Shown here in pieces: positions 36,403 to 46,851 of a stretch of DNA of 64,000 bases (positions are counted from its first letter, which is position 1; the number at the start of each line of letters is the position of its first letter). The notes beneath the pieces were generated by a model. That model worked only from the letters and a program-made list of their open reading frames with translations, had not been told where the DNA came from and ran no database searches. A program made the translations under genes and the position numbers. This stretch comes from a virus. Lineage: Duplodnaviria > Caudoviricetes. The stretch lies in the IMG/VR virus record IMGVR_UViG_3300014204_000011, positions 1 through 64,000 of that record; one strand, written 5' to 3'.

Positions 36403-39400
36403 ATGGCAAATAAAATATTTTTTAAAACAGTTGAAGGTAAATATGTATCACTTGATAAAGCTTCAAATCCCGAAGATAAAGTTCGTAAGGTTATGGGTGA
36501 GTTTAAAAGAGGTACTTTACATTCCAGTTCCGGTCAAAAGGTAACTTCAAAAGACCAGGCTTTGGCAATCGCAATGTCGGAGAGTGGATTATCTAAACAA
36601 ATGGTTGCTGATATTCTTATTGATTATGATGATATGGAAAAAGCAAGTCAGATAAAAGAAGGGATTAAAGTAGAAAAAGAACATATTCCTACTATGAAAT
36701 ATATTAAAGATAAGTTTGGAAAATATCATAAAATGGCTAATACTGAAGATATTGCCGAGCACATCGCCGGAGACCATCTTGAAGAGATAAAAGATTATTA
36801 TACAAGATTACTTGAAATGGAAAAACAGGCTAAAGGCGATAAAAAAAGACCTCAAATCGAAATTGATGTAATTAAATTTTTAATTGATAATCCGAATCCT
36901 GCGGATAGTAAAGTTCATACTTTTAGTGATAAAATAGGCATAGACACACATAAACTTGAAGCGATATTCTATAAACTTGCTACTGAAAGAGCTGAAATGA
37001 GTAAAGACATGCAGAAAGCTAAGTCTGCAATAGGTACTACTGCAACTTGGGCTGACGGTAAACAATATCGTAAAGTAGCTGAAGGTCAATGGGAACAGGT
37101 TAAGGGTGACGGTAAAAGCCATAATGCTAAATTAGGTGGCGGAGCACATGGTTATGGCAAACACGATGTAAGTACAGCACCGAAGCTTCATAAGAGATTT
37201 ATGGATTATCTACAGAACATGAGCCAGGAACATCGGGACATATTCAGAGGCGGTAAGTTTGATTTTGAAAAGAAAACATTTACAGCTATAGGCGGTAAAG
37301 TAGCTTTGCTTTGGAAAGATGATAAAGTTAATATTGTTAAGACTGATAAAATGGATAAAGCCCGTGTGACCAAATATATAAAAAGAGTGCCGAAGCCGTC
37401 AGGTAAGGGTTATTATTATTTCTATACAAAGCAGCAGTTTAACCAGTATAAAGAGACTGGAAAAGTTCCTGAACAAGAAAAAGGCGATTCAGCTTTACAA
37501 AAGATATTCAAATTTTTAGGTGTTGATAATTGGATGGACGGTAGTAAAAAAATAGGTTCAATATACGAATCTAATAAAAGCTCTCTTCTTGAAAATAATG
37601 TCGATAAAAAGACTTTTGCTGAATACAGTGTAGAATACTTATCTAATAAGGAAAAATGGGATTCTCGTTTAAGTGGTGAGAAAAAAGAAAAGTCAGAGTC
37701 AAAGCCTAAGTCTGAACAGCCTAAATCTGAGAAAAAAGAGAGTGGTGATAAAAAAGAAGGTAAATGGAACATGGGTGTAATGCGAGCTATTGCAGGGATT
37801 TATGGAAGCGGAGAAATAAAGAAAATTGATACAGAAATGCCTATGCCTACTACTCCCAACAAAAAAGATGATAAGAATAAAAAAGATAAGGAAGCCCCTA
37901 AAAAAGGTTTTGAAGATGAGCTAAATGAACGGGAAAAAGAAGGTAACAATAAAACTTATACTAATAAGATAAAGCAATTACAAAATGAAATAAATAGTTT
38001 TTCCAAAACAGCTTCCGGAGGAAGTAAATATTCTCTTGATTCTAAAGGAAATGAAGATTCTGGAGAAATGTCTATTCAATTAAAAGATAGTGTATCTGGT
38101 AAAATTATTCCTAATACACAAATAACTGGTAAAATTAAAGATTTTTTAAATATTAAAAATCAATTGATTGAAAAAATGAAAGAAATAGACAGTAATGACA
38201 AATCCCCTGACAACTTCGATACTATGCCGGAGGGGGACGATATAGAAAAAGGCATAGAGGATTATTATAAAAAAATTACAGAAGAATTTAGTAATGAAAA
38301 ACCTGATTTAAATAAAATCAAGAAAGTTGCTAAAGAAAAAGCTGATAAAATAAATTCAATTATGAATAAAGAAATTTCTTTAGATACAGGCGGAATAGTT
38401 AAGTCAAATAAGAAGTTTATACTTGAAAAATATGATCCAAAAGAAGATAAAATGACTTTTAAAGATAATAACGGAAAAACTCAGGAAATAACTTTTTCTA
38501 AATTTGAAAAAGAAAATCCTAAATTTTTTAACAGTCAAAAACCCTCCGCAACCGAAGCACTGAAAACTTTTACGATAGTAGATAATAATAATCCTGAAAG
38601 AACCGTAAAAGTGCAAGCTAAAGATGAAAATGAAGCTAAAGATAAAGGTGCTTCAGAACTTAAAACTACAAACATAAGAACTTATGAGTCAAGTAATAAA
38701 GTAGAAGCACTGAAAGATGAGTTGGGGAAGAAAAAGAGCGAGAGTAGAGAAAGAGAAATAACTGTTTTTGGTAAACAGCAAAAAGTTAAAACTAAGCCGA
38801 TAGAATTAAACTTGGGATATGGTCATCCTTTTGAGATTGCTAAAAGAGAATTTGGAAGTGGTCGCTCAGATTGGATTATTCTTGAAAGTAGTACGGGTTT
38901 AAAGGTTGGAGATGGCAAAACTCAAAAAGAGGCTATTAGTAACGCTGAATCTATGATAAAAAATTATACTCCAACAGAGAATGAATTTAAAAAATTAATT
39001 GAAAAAAGTTTATCTTCCGAAAATGTTTTAAAACGTGAAAAAGAAATAGAAAAAAATAAAGAAATAGATAAAAAAGTTGAAAAAGATTTTGAAGATAAAT
39101 CTGAAAAAGGCCAGTCCCAAATAAAGAAAAACGAAGAAGATGATAAGCGAAAACAGGTTCAAAAAGATAAATTAAATTCTTCAGATCCACAGAAAAAATA
39201 TGATGCAATGAAGGAAGAAATTAGAGATTTTTCAGAAAGAAATAATATATCTGAAAAAGAAATAACAAAAGAATGGATAAATGAAGAAAGAAAACGTTTT
39301 CAACAGGATATAAAAGATGCTTATAAGTATAAAAAACCGAAAGAAGCTGGAGTTTATAAAGTTGGATTAAAAGAACTTGATAATATTGAAAAATATCAAA

Positions 39401-39861
39401 AAGAAATGATTTCTTTAAAAGAAGAACTACTCGGCCCGAAAATGTTCAAAGCCCTGTCAAATCTAAGAGAAGAGTTAATGTTTAAAGCCCAAACTACAAA
39501 ATATATTAAAAGAATACCCGATCCAAAAGGCAAGGGATATATTTACTTTTACACACAAGATCAGGTTAAAGCATATCAGAAAGATGGAACTATACCAAAT
39601 CAGCAGAAAAAGCCTAAGACTAAACCAGAACAAGGTGGTAAAACTAACATAGAAAAGCTTAAAGAAACTACAAAAAAAATAGCCACTATTGTTGCTGATG
39701 CTTTAAGTGCTAAAGATGCGGTAAATCCTGCTGGACAGGCAGTAGAACAAGCCGGAGAAGATATAAACGAAAAGAACAAAATGAAAAAAAGACTTGAAGA
39801 AAAGCAAGTACCTGATAAAAAGAAACAAGTTAATAAACCGGAGGAAAAACCGAAAAAGTGA
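36403..39861 (+). CDS. 1152-aa multi-module head cargo protein (DUF6496-like, DUF5661-like, two KY..R.P.P.GKG repeats)
   Basis: KVRKVMGEFKRGTLHSSSGQKVTSKDQALAIAMSE; GIKVEKEH...DHLEEIKDYYTRL; modules preceded by LDKA, MEKA, MQKA, MDKA and MFKA. Confidence 0.75.
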   Translation: MANKIFFKTVEGKYVSLDKASNPEDKVRKVMGEFKRGTLHSSSGQKVTSKDQALAIAMSESGLSKQMVADILIDYDDMEKASQIKEGIKVEKEHIPTMKYIKDKFGKYHKMANTEDIAEHIAGDHLEEIKDYYTRLLEMEKQAKGDKKRPQIEIDVIKFLIDNPNPADSKVHTFSDKIGIDTHKLEAIFYKLATERAEMSKDMQKAKSAIGTTATWADGKQYRKVAEGQWEQVKGDGKSHNAKLGGGAHGYGKHDVSTAPKLHKRFMDYLQNMSQEHRDIFRGGKFDFEKKTFTAIGGKVALLWKDDKVNIVKTDKMDKARVTKYIKRVPKPSGKGYYYFYTKQQFNQYKETGKVPEQEKGDSALQKIFKFLGVDNWMDGSKKIGSIYESNKSSLLENNVDKKTFAEYSVEYLSNKEKWDSRLSGEKKEKSESKPKSEQPKSEKKESGDKKEGKWNMGVMRAIAGIYGSGEIKKIDTEMPMPTTPNKKDDKNKKDKEAPKKGFEDELNEREKEGNNKTYTNKIKQLQNEINSFSKTASGGSKYSLDSKGNEDSGEMSIQLKDSVSGKIIPNTQITGKIKDFLNIKNQLIEKMKEIDSNDKSPDNFDTMPEGDDIEKGIEDYYKKITEEFSNEKPDLNKIKKVAKEKADKINSIMNKEISLDTGGIVKSNKKFILEKYDPKEDKMTFKDNNGKTQEITFSKFEKENPKFFNSQKPSATEALKTFTIVDNNNPERTVKVQAKDENEAKDKGASELKTTNIRTYESSNKVEALKDELGKKKSESREREITVFGKQQKVKTKPIELNLGYGHPFEIAKREFGSGRSDWIILESSTGLKVGDGKTQKEAISNAESMIKNYTPTENEFKKLIEKSLSSENVLKREKEIEKNKEIDKKVEKDFEDKSEKGQSQIKKNEEDDKRKQVQKDKLNSSDPQKKYDAMKEEIRDFSERNNISEKEITKEWINEERKRFQQDIKDAYKYKKPKEAGVYKVGLKELDNIEKYQKEMISLKEELLGPKMFKALSNLREELMFKAQTTKYIKRIPDPKGKGYIYFYTQDQVKAYQKDGTIPNQQKKPKTKPEQGGKTNIEKLKETTKKIATIVADALSAKDAVNPAGQAVEQAGEDINEKNKMKKRLEEKQVPDKKKQVNKPEEKPKK

Positions 39862-40052
39862 AAGAAAAGATAATTATAAAAGATGCGGTTAAAAGAAACT
39901 GCCCGTTTTGTGGTACTATGTATGCTTACGAAAATAAAGAATTAGGGCAGGTTGTATATAGAAATGTAGCTTTTATATTTATAGATAAAGCAAAAAGCAT
40001 TGAAACTATAAAATGTAAACAGTGCGGAAATGTAGTAGCAATCAATACTTAA
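39858..40052 (+). CDS. Zn-ribbon (Com-like) protein
   Basis: CPFCG...CKQCG upstream of the prohead protease. Confidence 0.6.
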   Translation: MKEKIIIKDAVKRNCPFCGTMYAYENKELGQVVYRNVAFIFIDKAKSIETIKCKQCGNVVAINT

Positions 40053-40061
40053 AATTAAGAC

Positions 40062-40091
40062 TTGACAGATTTTATATTTTTGTTTTAGAAT
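40062..40091 (+). promoter_or_regulatory. sigma70-type promoter of the capsid operon
   Basis: TTGACA-N18-TAGAAT. Confidence 0.6.
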
Positions 40092-40160
40092 GTACTCTAA
40101 ATAATAAACAAATAATCCAGCCGTTACAAGGAAATGTTTATTTCTCTAAAGAGAGGTAAA

Positions 40161-41045
40161 ATGTTTTTTCAGATTAACGGCTTAACCATCCAAAACCTAC
40201 AAAAAGCTTCAGACGACAAGCTTGTTAAAGTTGATATTATAGCCAATCATCTTACCGAAGATAGTGACGGAGAAGTAATACTCAAAGAAGCATTTTCTCC
40301 CGAAGTTATCAATGATTTTCTTTCGACCGGCGTAATTAATTTCTGGCATGATAATAAAAATCCTCTCTTATCAAAAGAAGAGCAAATGAACGCTTTACTT
40401 GGTAAACCCATAGCTTTTAGATGGGAGAATGGAAAGCCTGTAGTTACTGCACAACTTACTAAATCACATCCTATCGTACAAACAATGATGCCTCATCTTG
40501 AAGCAGGTAATCCTGTGTATAGCGCAAGCGTAGATGGATCTAAAATGGTTATGCTTGTAGAAAATAGTGAAGGTGAGAAAAAGAAAGTCATACCTAAAAT
40601 CAAATGGAACGGACTTGCCATAGCCCCCTGTAATTCAGTAATCAATCGAGAACCAGGTGTTAATGTTAAATTGTTAAGTAAGGCAAATGATATAATTGCT
40701 GAATTTAACGATATGGATAGCTTTAAAATGATGTCTGGACAGATCTTCTCCCAAGAAACCGAACTCCGTAAAGCTTTATCTGCCCCTGAAAGTGTAGGTG
40801 ATATGCAAAACACTTCAGGAGGAGTTATAACAAAACAAGATTTAGAAAAAAGCGTTACATCTTTAACCTTTTCCGAGGATGAAGCATGTAATCTTATAGA
40901 TACAATATTAGGTATTAAAAATGGTTCGATACCAATAACAATAAATGAATATAAGAACCATTTTAAAAATAATGAAGAATTTGCTGATAAGTCTTATCGG
41001 CTGTTCGATAAATATTTCAAAAAAAACAACAAGGAGCAATCGTAA
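40161..41045 (+). CDS. prohead (maturation) protease
   Basis: DSDGEVI, FWHD, SASVDG and LAIAP...N motifs of HK97-like proteases; GAGG RBS; upstream of scaffold and MCP. Confidence 0.85.
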   Translation: MFFQINGLTIQNLQKASDDKLVKVDIIANHLTEDSDGEVILKEAFSPEVINDFLSTGVINFWHDNKNPLLSKEEQMNALLGKPIAFRWENGKPVVTAQLTKSHPIVQTMMPHLEAGNPVYSASVDGSKMVMLVENSEGEKKKVIPKIKWNGLAIAPCNSVINREPGVNVKLLSKANDIIAEFNDMDSFKMMSGQIFSQETELRKALSAPESVGDMQNTSGGVITKQDLEKSVTSLTFSEDEACNLIDTILGIKNGSIPITINEYKNHFKNNEEFADKSYRLFDKYFKKNNKEQS

Positions 41046-41046
41046 C

Positions 41047-41826
41047 ATGATAACAAAAGAAGAATTGTTACAGAAAGGAATTGATCCTGCCGAAGCTGAT
41101 AAGATAATTTCGGCTCTCGAAGGACAAGCTGAAAATTCCTCTCCCCTTGAAGCTCTAAATAAGGCTCTAAAAGATGATTCAGAAATGGATTCTCTTTTTA
41201 AAGCAGCCAAAAAGGGAGAGGGTGATGAGGATGACGAAGAGGATGAAGAGGAATATGACGAAAAGTTCATGAAAAAGATGAAAAAGTACATGAAGTCAAA
41301 AGGCAAAGAAGACAGTGGTGATGACGATGACGACAAAGGCTTTTTCGGAAAAGAAATGAAAAAAGCTGTTGATGACATTAATCCTGATTCAGATGGACTT
41401 GTTATTGAAATGGCTGATTTTAAACCGGTTTTTGAGTCTATGGTATCGACAATACAAAAGATGTCAAAAGCTATATCCGGACTTGAAAGAAAGGTTGAAG
41501 TTCTTTCAGAGCAAAACTCTGATTCTTACAGTCTTTTGGCTAAAGCTGCTGCTGTTACTGCCGAAACTGCGGAGATTGTAACTGGAATGGGTAATATTCC
41601 GGCTGGAAGAAAAGGTGCTTTAATAGCAGACATGAAAAAAGCTAAACAAGTCGAAAATGTAGATCCTCAAAAAGTTTGGACAGCTCTCGCTAAGGCTGTA
41701 AATGCCGGTGATTTGAAAGCTGGAGAAATTGGATCTAAATTTGAAAGTGCTGGAAAAAGATTCGGTTTTCTATCTGATCCAGAACAGGCTTATGTTATGG
41801 AACTTATGAAAAAGGAGGCTAACTAA
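41047..41826 (+). CDS. capsid scaffold protein
   Basis: AAGGAG RBS; acidic and helical; seven [L/M]xKA sites. Confidence 0.8.
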   Translation: MITKEELLQKGIDPAEADKIISALEGQAENSSPLEALNKALKDDSEMDSLFKAAKKGEGDEDDEEDEEEYDEKFMKKMKKYMKSKGKEDSGDDDDDKGFFGKEMKKAVDDINPDSDGLVIEMADFKPVFESMVSTIQKMSKAISGLERKVEVLSEQNSDSYSLLAKAAAVTAETAEIVTGMGNIPAGRKGALIADMKKAKQVENVDPQKVWTALAKAVNAGDLKAGEIGSKFESAGKRFGFLSDPEQAYVMELMKKEAN

Positions 41827-41827
41827 G

Positions 41828-43342
41828 ATGGATGAACTATATATGTTAGCAGAAAACGGGATGGGGGACATGGGGCTTGGCTCTCTATCGCAACTTGAAG
41901 CATTAAGTAAAGCTCTTTCTGCCCCTGCGAGTTATACAGATCTTTATACAACTCCAGGTGGCTCACTTACAATGCAATCATTGGAAATGATGCTTGCAAC
42001 TCTTACTCTTAAAGCTACTGATTTTACTCTATGGCAGGATATGAACAAGATGAAAGCATATTCTACTGTTGAAGAATATGATCAGCAGACTGGTCTTGGT
42101 ATCTCTGATGGTGGATTTGTTGACCAATTCAGCAATCCTACATTTCAAGACGCTGATTTTATCAAACAAATCTCAATTGTTAAGTTCATGAGAGAAGGTT
42201 GGAAGGTTGGTGATGTACAGGAAGCAACCAGAACAACTATAGACATAAGAACAAAACAACAGCAAGCTGCTATGGCAAGGATGTTGAGAAACCTTGACCG
42301 TGCGCTTTATAACGGTAACTCTGCATGGATTCCTGAAAGTATTGATGGTCTTGCTAAAACCATTGCTGCTTCTTCTTCAGAACAGATTTATGATATGAGA
42401 GGCGGTAATGTAACTATGGGTACATTTAACCTTATCGGTCAGCTTATCACTGAAGGAAATGGTCAGGTAGAAAATGCGAAAATATATGTTTCTCCGGCTG
42501 GAGTTCAAAATCTAAGCACTATTACTGAAGACGGTACTACTGCTGCTAATAACAGAAAGATAATGAAATCTGGTGATGCTAATATTACTATCGGTGGTAA
42601 AATATCAGGTATTATGACAAATTTCGGTGAGATGAAACCGAGAATGGATAAAATACTTGGTCTTGAATTTGAAGCACAAGGCGTTCCTAAATACAGGAAT
42701 AATACTACCGGTCTTTGGGTAGAAGGTGCTACTGCTGATAATGCTCCTTCAGCTCCGGCGGTTGCTCTTACTGTTAATGCTGTTGGTACAGGCTCTAAGT
42801 TTAGCGCAGGTACAACCAGACCTTCAGGCGTTGCATATTCTTATAGAGTAAGTGCAAGGAATAAATATGGAAGATCAATAGCTTGCGCTGCTGTAACGGC
42901 TGGTTCAACTGTAGCTGCCGGTGGATCTATTTCAATTGCTATTACTCCCGCTGCTGGAGATAGCGGTGCGAAAGTTCCTTCTTGTTTCGTAATTTATGCT
43001 AAAAAAACAGAAGATGCGAATAATGATTATAGATACATGGACACAATCGCTGCGGATGCAACTAATCCTCTTGCTGCCGTAACATATGAAGATAAAAATC
43101 TTTATATACCAGGTACAGCGAGAATGTATGTTATAGACCAAACTACACAGGGAGAAAGCAGAGTTCTTTCTTATGCTCAGTTACTTCCTATTCACAACAC
43201 AGATCTTGCTAAAGTCGGGCCTTATAGCCAGGGACTTATCAATCTGTATGGTACTATGAAATATTACAAGCCGAATGTTCTTGTTGAAATCAGAAATATC
43301 GGTGTATCTCAGACAAATGCAAATCTTTACAATGTAGTTTAA
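41828..43342 (+). CDS. major capsid protein
   Basis: 504 aa; LEALSKA propeptide junction, QSLE, STVEEY; Fn3-like insert YSYRVSARNKYGRS. Confidence 0.9.
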   Translation: MDELYMLAENGMGDMGLGSLSQLEALSKALSAPASYTDLYTTPGGSLTMQSLEMMLATLTLKATDFTLWQDMNKMKAYSTVEEYDQQTGLGISDGGFVDQFSNPTFQDADFIKQISIVKFMREGWKVGDVQEATRTTIDIRTKQQQAAMARMLRNLDRALYNGNSAWIPESIDGLAKTIAASSSEQIYDMRGGNVTMGTFNLIGQLITEGNGQVENAKIYVSPAGVQNLSTITEDGTTAANNRKIMKSGDANITIGGKISGIMTNFGEMKPRMDKILGLEFEAQGVPKYRNNTTGLWVEGATADNAPSAPAVALTVNAVGTGSKFSAGTTRPSGVAYSYRVSARNKYGRSIACAAVTAGSTVAAGGSISIAITPAAGDSGAKVPSCFVIYAKKTEDANNDYRYMDTIAADATNPLAAVTYEDKNLYIPGTARMYVIDQTTQGESRVLSYAQLLPIHNTDLAKVGPYSQGLINLYGTMKYYKPNVLVEIRNIGVSQTNANLYNVV

Positions 43343-43356
43343 GGAACGGTTAAGTC

Positions 43357-44338
43357 ATGGCAAATTACATATATGTACCTTATTCTGATAATCCTGTAGG
43401 GCATATTGCCCCACAGGATATGTACAGAAACCAGAGAATTTTATCTGGTACAGATCCAGAATTATTAACGGCTGACGGTATATTTTTTCTTGATACTTTA
43501 GTCCTTGCAACTGGGGAAACTGTTAATATTAAAGACGGTAACGATAGAGTTGTTGTTGATAATATGCTTGGTGTTACATTGAACAATAATCATATCAGAT
43601 GTGATTATGGTATTAAAATTACCGGAGATGTAATAATGGCTAAAGGCTATCTTGTTGAGAATGTGTTAAATCCATGATTTTAAACGTAAATGAAAGATTG
43701 CAGTTTCAATATCTATTACCAGCGCAAGGGAATTTTAAAACTCTTGAACTGGTAGATAGTATTTTACAAAAATTAAAAATAACAAATTTAGAAGAAACTG
43801 AAAAGGAATTTTCCTTTAGTCCGGACGAAAAAAATTTGATTCATGATTCTTTTCAAGCTCTTGATCAAAGTAGCAAACTTCCCTATCAATCTCTTTCTGT
43901 ATTAAGAAAAATTAAGGAGGAACTTGTATGACTCAATATATAGGCGATTATGACGAAAGCCAGGGCAGTCTAAGTTTTGCAGCTCTACAAAATCTTATAG
44001 ATAAACTTACACCTACTGTTATTAAATCAATCGAAAGAGTGTGTAAAACAGTAGTAAGTGGTTCGGCAGGTGTAGAAGCTGACATACCGATGGGTGCGGA
44101 AATTATAGATGTAACAAGTATATGTCTAAAATCAAACGGAAGTGGAAGTATGACTGTTAAAACCAATGCTGATACTCCGGTTGATATTTCAAACGCTCTT
44201 CAAGCTGCTACTGCTGATGAAGTTGCGAGAGCTGCTACAATTGATACTACTTATTCGATTGTCGGAGTTGACGGTATTTCAATTTTCGGAAATGGTGCTG
44301 CGGATTACGCTGCCGTTTATATCAAATATTTGCTATAA
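43357..44338 (+). CDS. three small structural ORFs (43357-43677, 43674-43931, 43928-44338)
   Basis: coupled ORFs after MCP. Confidence 0.6.
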
Positions 44339-44348
44339 AGGATAAAAA

Positions 44349-45281
44349 ATGACCTGTTCTAATTTAGTAGGTTTTGCTTTTAATAATCCTGATATTACCA
44401 ATGATTATCACGCCCCCAAATGGGGGCTTTTGGTAAGTCCTCATGAACTTCGATATGATGAACTTTTCGGAAACCCATTAATAGCCGAAGCTGATTCTTT
44501 TACATTTACAGATGAACAATTAATGGATTATGCTAGAACTGCTATAGGATTTATGGAAAGAGAATTAAATATTGATATATTACCGAGACTTATAAGATAT
44601 AGAGATCCGATTGATTCTAATGGAAATGAATTAGCCAGAACTGATATTGATGATAGTGCATATCTAACATCTCTAAAAACAGGAAAACAAAAAAATGCTC
44701 TTTATATTAGAGAATTAGGATATGGATATAAAATAATTCAGGCAAGGCACGAAGCCAGGGTTAAATTGAGGAGAAGACCTGTTCGAGCAGTATTATCGGC
44801 TAAATTTTCTACGCCGTATATTGATACTACTGCAATAGATCTTATGCCTTTTCGTATGTTAAAAAAAGATTTTTCTGGAGTTCTAACCTTTAGACCAAAC
44901 AGAACACCTTTAAGAAGTTTAGGTTGGGATCAGGTTTGGCAGACATATTTACTTGCTCCATATCTTCGAGATTTACAGGATATATTTTTAATAGATTATA
45001 CAACTGGTTATGAAAATTGTGAAGATGTTCCAGAAGACATAAGGTATATAACAAAAAGAATAGCTGCATGTACTCTTATGGCTACATATGGAGATGGAAA
45101 AATGTCATCCATAGCAAGCAGATCTGTAAACCTAAACTCAGTAAGTGAGGCTATTTCAACTACAATGTCTGCAACTTCCGCAGCTTTTGGAGCTAGAATT
45201 TTACAATATCAAAAAGAAATAAAAACATGGTTCGCTACTAATCGCCAAAAATACAGTAATACAAGTATAGGTGTTTTATGA
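44349..45281 (+). CDS. head-tail adaptor
   Basis: FMERELNIDI, IDYTTGY...VPEDI and SVNLNSVSEAIST patterns; position. Confidence 0.7.
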   Translation: MTCSNLVGFAFNNPDITNDYHAPKWGLLVSPHELRYDELFGNPLIAEADSFTFTDEQLMDYARTAIGFMERELNIDILPRLIRYRDPIDSNGNELARTDIDDSAYLTSLKTGKQKNALYIRELGYGYKIIQARHEARVKLRRRPVRAVLSAKFSTPYIDTTAIDLMPFRMLKKDFSGVLTFRPNRTPLRSLGWDQVWQTYLLAPYLRDLQDIFLIDYTTGYENCEDVPEDIRYITKRIAACTLMATYGDGKMSSIASRSVNLNSVSEAISTTMSATSAAFGARILQYQKEIKTWFATNRQKYSNTSIGVL

Positions 45282-45664
45282 TAACTCAATCTTTTAAAAA
45301 TGGTAAATCTGAAATAAGATTTGAAAATGCAGAATCTATGGAAGATGCGAAAAAAAACGGATTTACTGATGGAGTATATACCAGGTTTTTTATAGATAAT
45401 AAACCGGTTCAAAACTATATGGCTTTAATGCAATATATTGTAGATGAAACAAGAAAAACCGGTAAGCGTTTTATACCTCCTACTCATGAAGATTTAAAGA
45501 ATTTACAAAAAAAAGTTATACAAACTCAAAATAACGAAATGAGAACACAAATACAAAACTTGAAAAATCAATATATTCAAATGAACGCTCCAGAGCATGT
45601 TTTAAAACAACTTGATGAAGCTATAGATAAAATAGATTTAGTTGGCATGAGAGTAGTTCAATAA
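45278..45664 (+). CDS. hypothetical protein
   Basis: ORF track. Confidence 0.6.
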   Translation: MITQSFKNGKSEIRFENAESMEDAKKNGFTDGVYTRFFIDNKPVQNYMALMQYIVDETRKTGKRFIPPTHEDLKNLQKKVIQTQNNEMRTQIQNLKNQYIQMNAPEHVLKQLDEAIDKIDLVGMRVVQ

Positions 45665-46851
45665 TGGGCCAGAATCTAAACATAGGACAGGAAAACAGTC
45701 TTGTAGTTTATGGCAATCCCGAAAGCTTTAAAAAGCTGATTAAAAATCATGGTCAATTATGTAAAATAAAACAGGCAATCTTATGCCCCTGTGTCACAGC
45801 AAATAATGGTAGTGCTGATATGTATTGTACTATTTGCAAAGGCACTGGTTTTGTATATACTTATCAAAGACGTTTTATGGTCGCAGATGAACAAAGTCAG
45901 GTTAATTGTGATGTCACTGAAGTAAATCCTTATTATATACCCGTTCTTGAAGTTTCAAAAGTTGAAAGAGTAACGAGTGTTGTTCAAGGTGGAATTCAGA
46001 CTATGCCTGTAACAAGTTTTAATGAAACTACTATTTTTGTAGAAAATAATATAGACGCAAAATATTATGATAAAATGAGAGTTACTTATTTTTTCGATGG
46101 ATGGACGAAAGTTGAAGGTGATATTTTAACTGTAAATGAAGAGCATGGTTTAATGTGGCCTACTGAAACTTTTTTTGATGCAGGGTATCAAAGCAGTAAT
46201 CCTTTACAAGCTGAAGCCGATATTACTCAGATCAATAGAGTTTATAATATTGTTACGGGTGTGGAAATTACAGAATATACGAGATTAGGAAATGCAATAA
46301 AAACAAAAGAACCTATTGTTTCCGGTCAAATGGCTGCTGATTATTATTATGCAGATCTTACTCAGATTATTACCGCAGATTTAAAAATAAAAGATGACAA
46401 TGAAGTTTGGACTTATGAAATGTCATCCGGAAATTTAAGACTTGCTTTATTTCCGTGGTGGAATGTTGCAAAAGGAGATATTGTTGTAATTGCTGCGGAT
46501 GCTCAATTTAAAACAGAACTTTTTGTTCATAGAGGAGATCTTGATCAACTTTTTCAAATGGAAGTTGTAGAACTTAATGATGTCTGTATGGATAGTGACG
46601 GTAATACTTATTATAGAGATGAAGATTATATTCTTGTAGGTAATAGATATGTTTCATGGATTTCTGACAATAAACCAAAAGATGAAAAAACAGTTTCTTT
46701 AAGGTACGGATTTAAACCGGCATTTATTTGTTTTGAAGATCAGCCGGAGCGTAATAATTTAGAGAATAAAAAGTACCCCACAATTATATATGTAAAAGCA
46801 TGGACTAAAGAAAACAAAGATGATATTACTAAATTGTTAACGGCGGTATAA
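45664..46851 (+). CDS. neck/head-closure protein
   Basis: CPC...CTICKGTG motif; position. Confidence 0.6.
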   Translation: MGQNLNIGQENSLVVYGNPESFKKLIKNHGQLCKIKQAILCPCVTANNGSADMYCTICKGTGFVYTYQRRFMVADEQSQVNCDVTEVNPYYIPVLEVSKVERVTSVVQGGIQTMPVTSFNETTIFVENNIDAKYYDKMRVTYFFDGWTKVEGDILTVNEEHGLMWPTETFFDAGYQSSNPLQAEADITQINRVYNIVTGVEITEYTRLGNAIKTKEPIVSGQMAADYYYADLTQIITADLKIKDDNEVWTYEMSSGNLRLALFPWWNVAKGDIVVIAADAQFKTELFVHRGDLDQLFQMEVVELNDVCMDSDGNTYYRDEDYILVGNRYVSWISDNKPKDEKTVSLRYGFKPAFICFEDQPERNNLENKKYPTIIYVKAWTKENKDDITKLLTAV

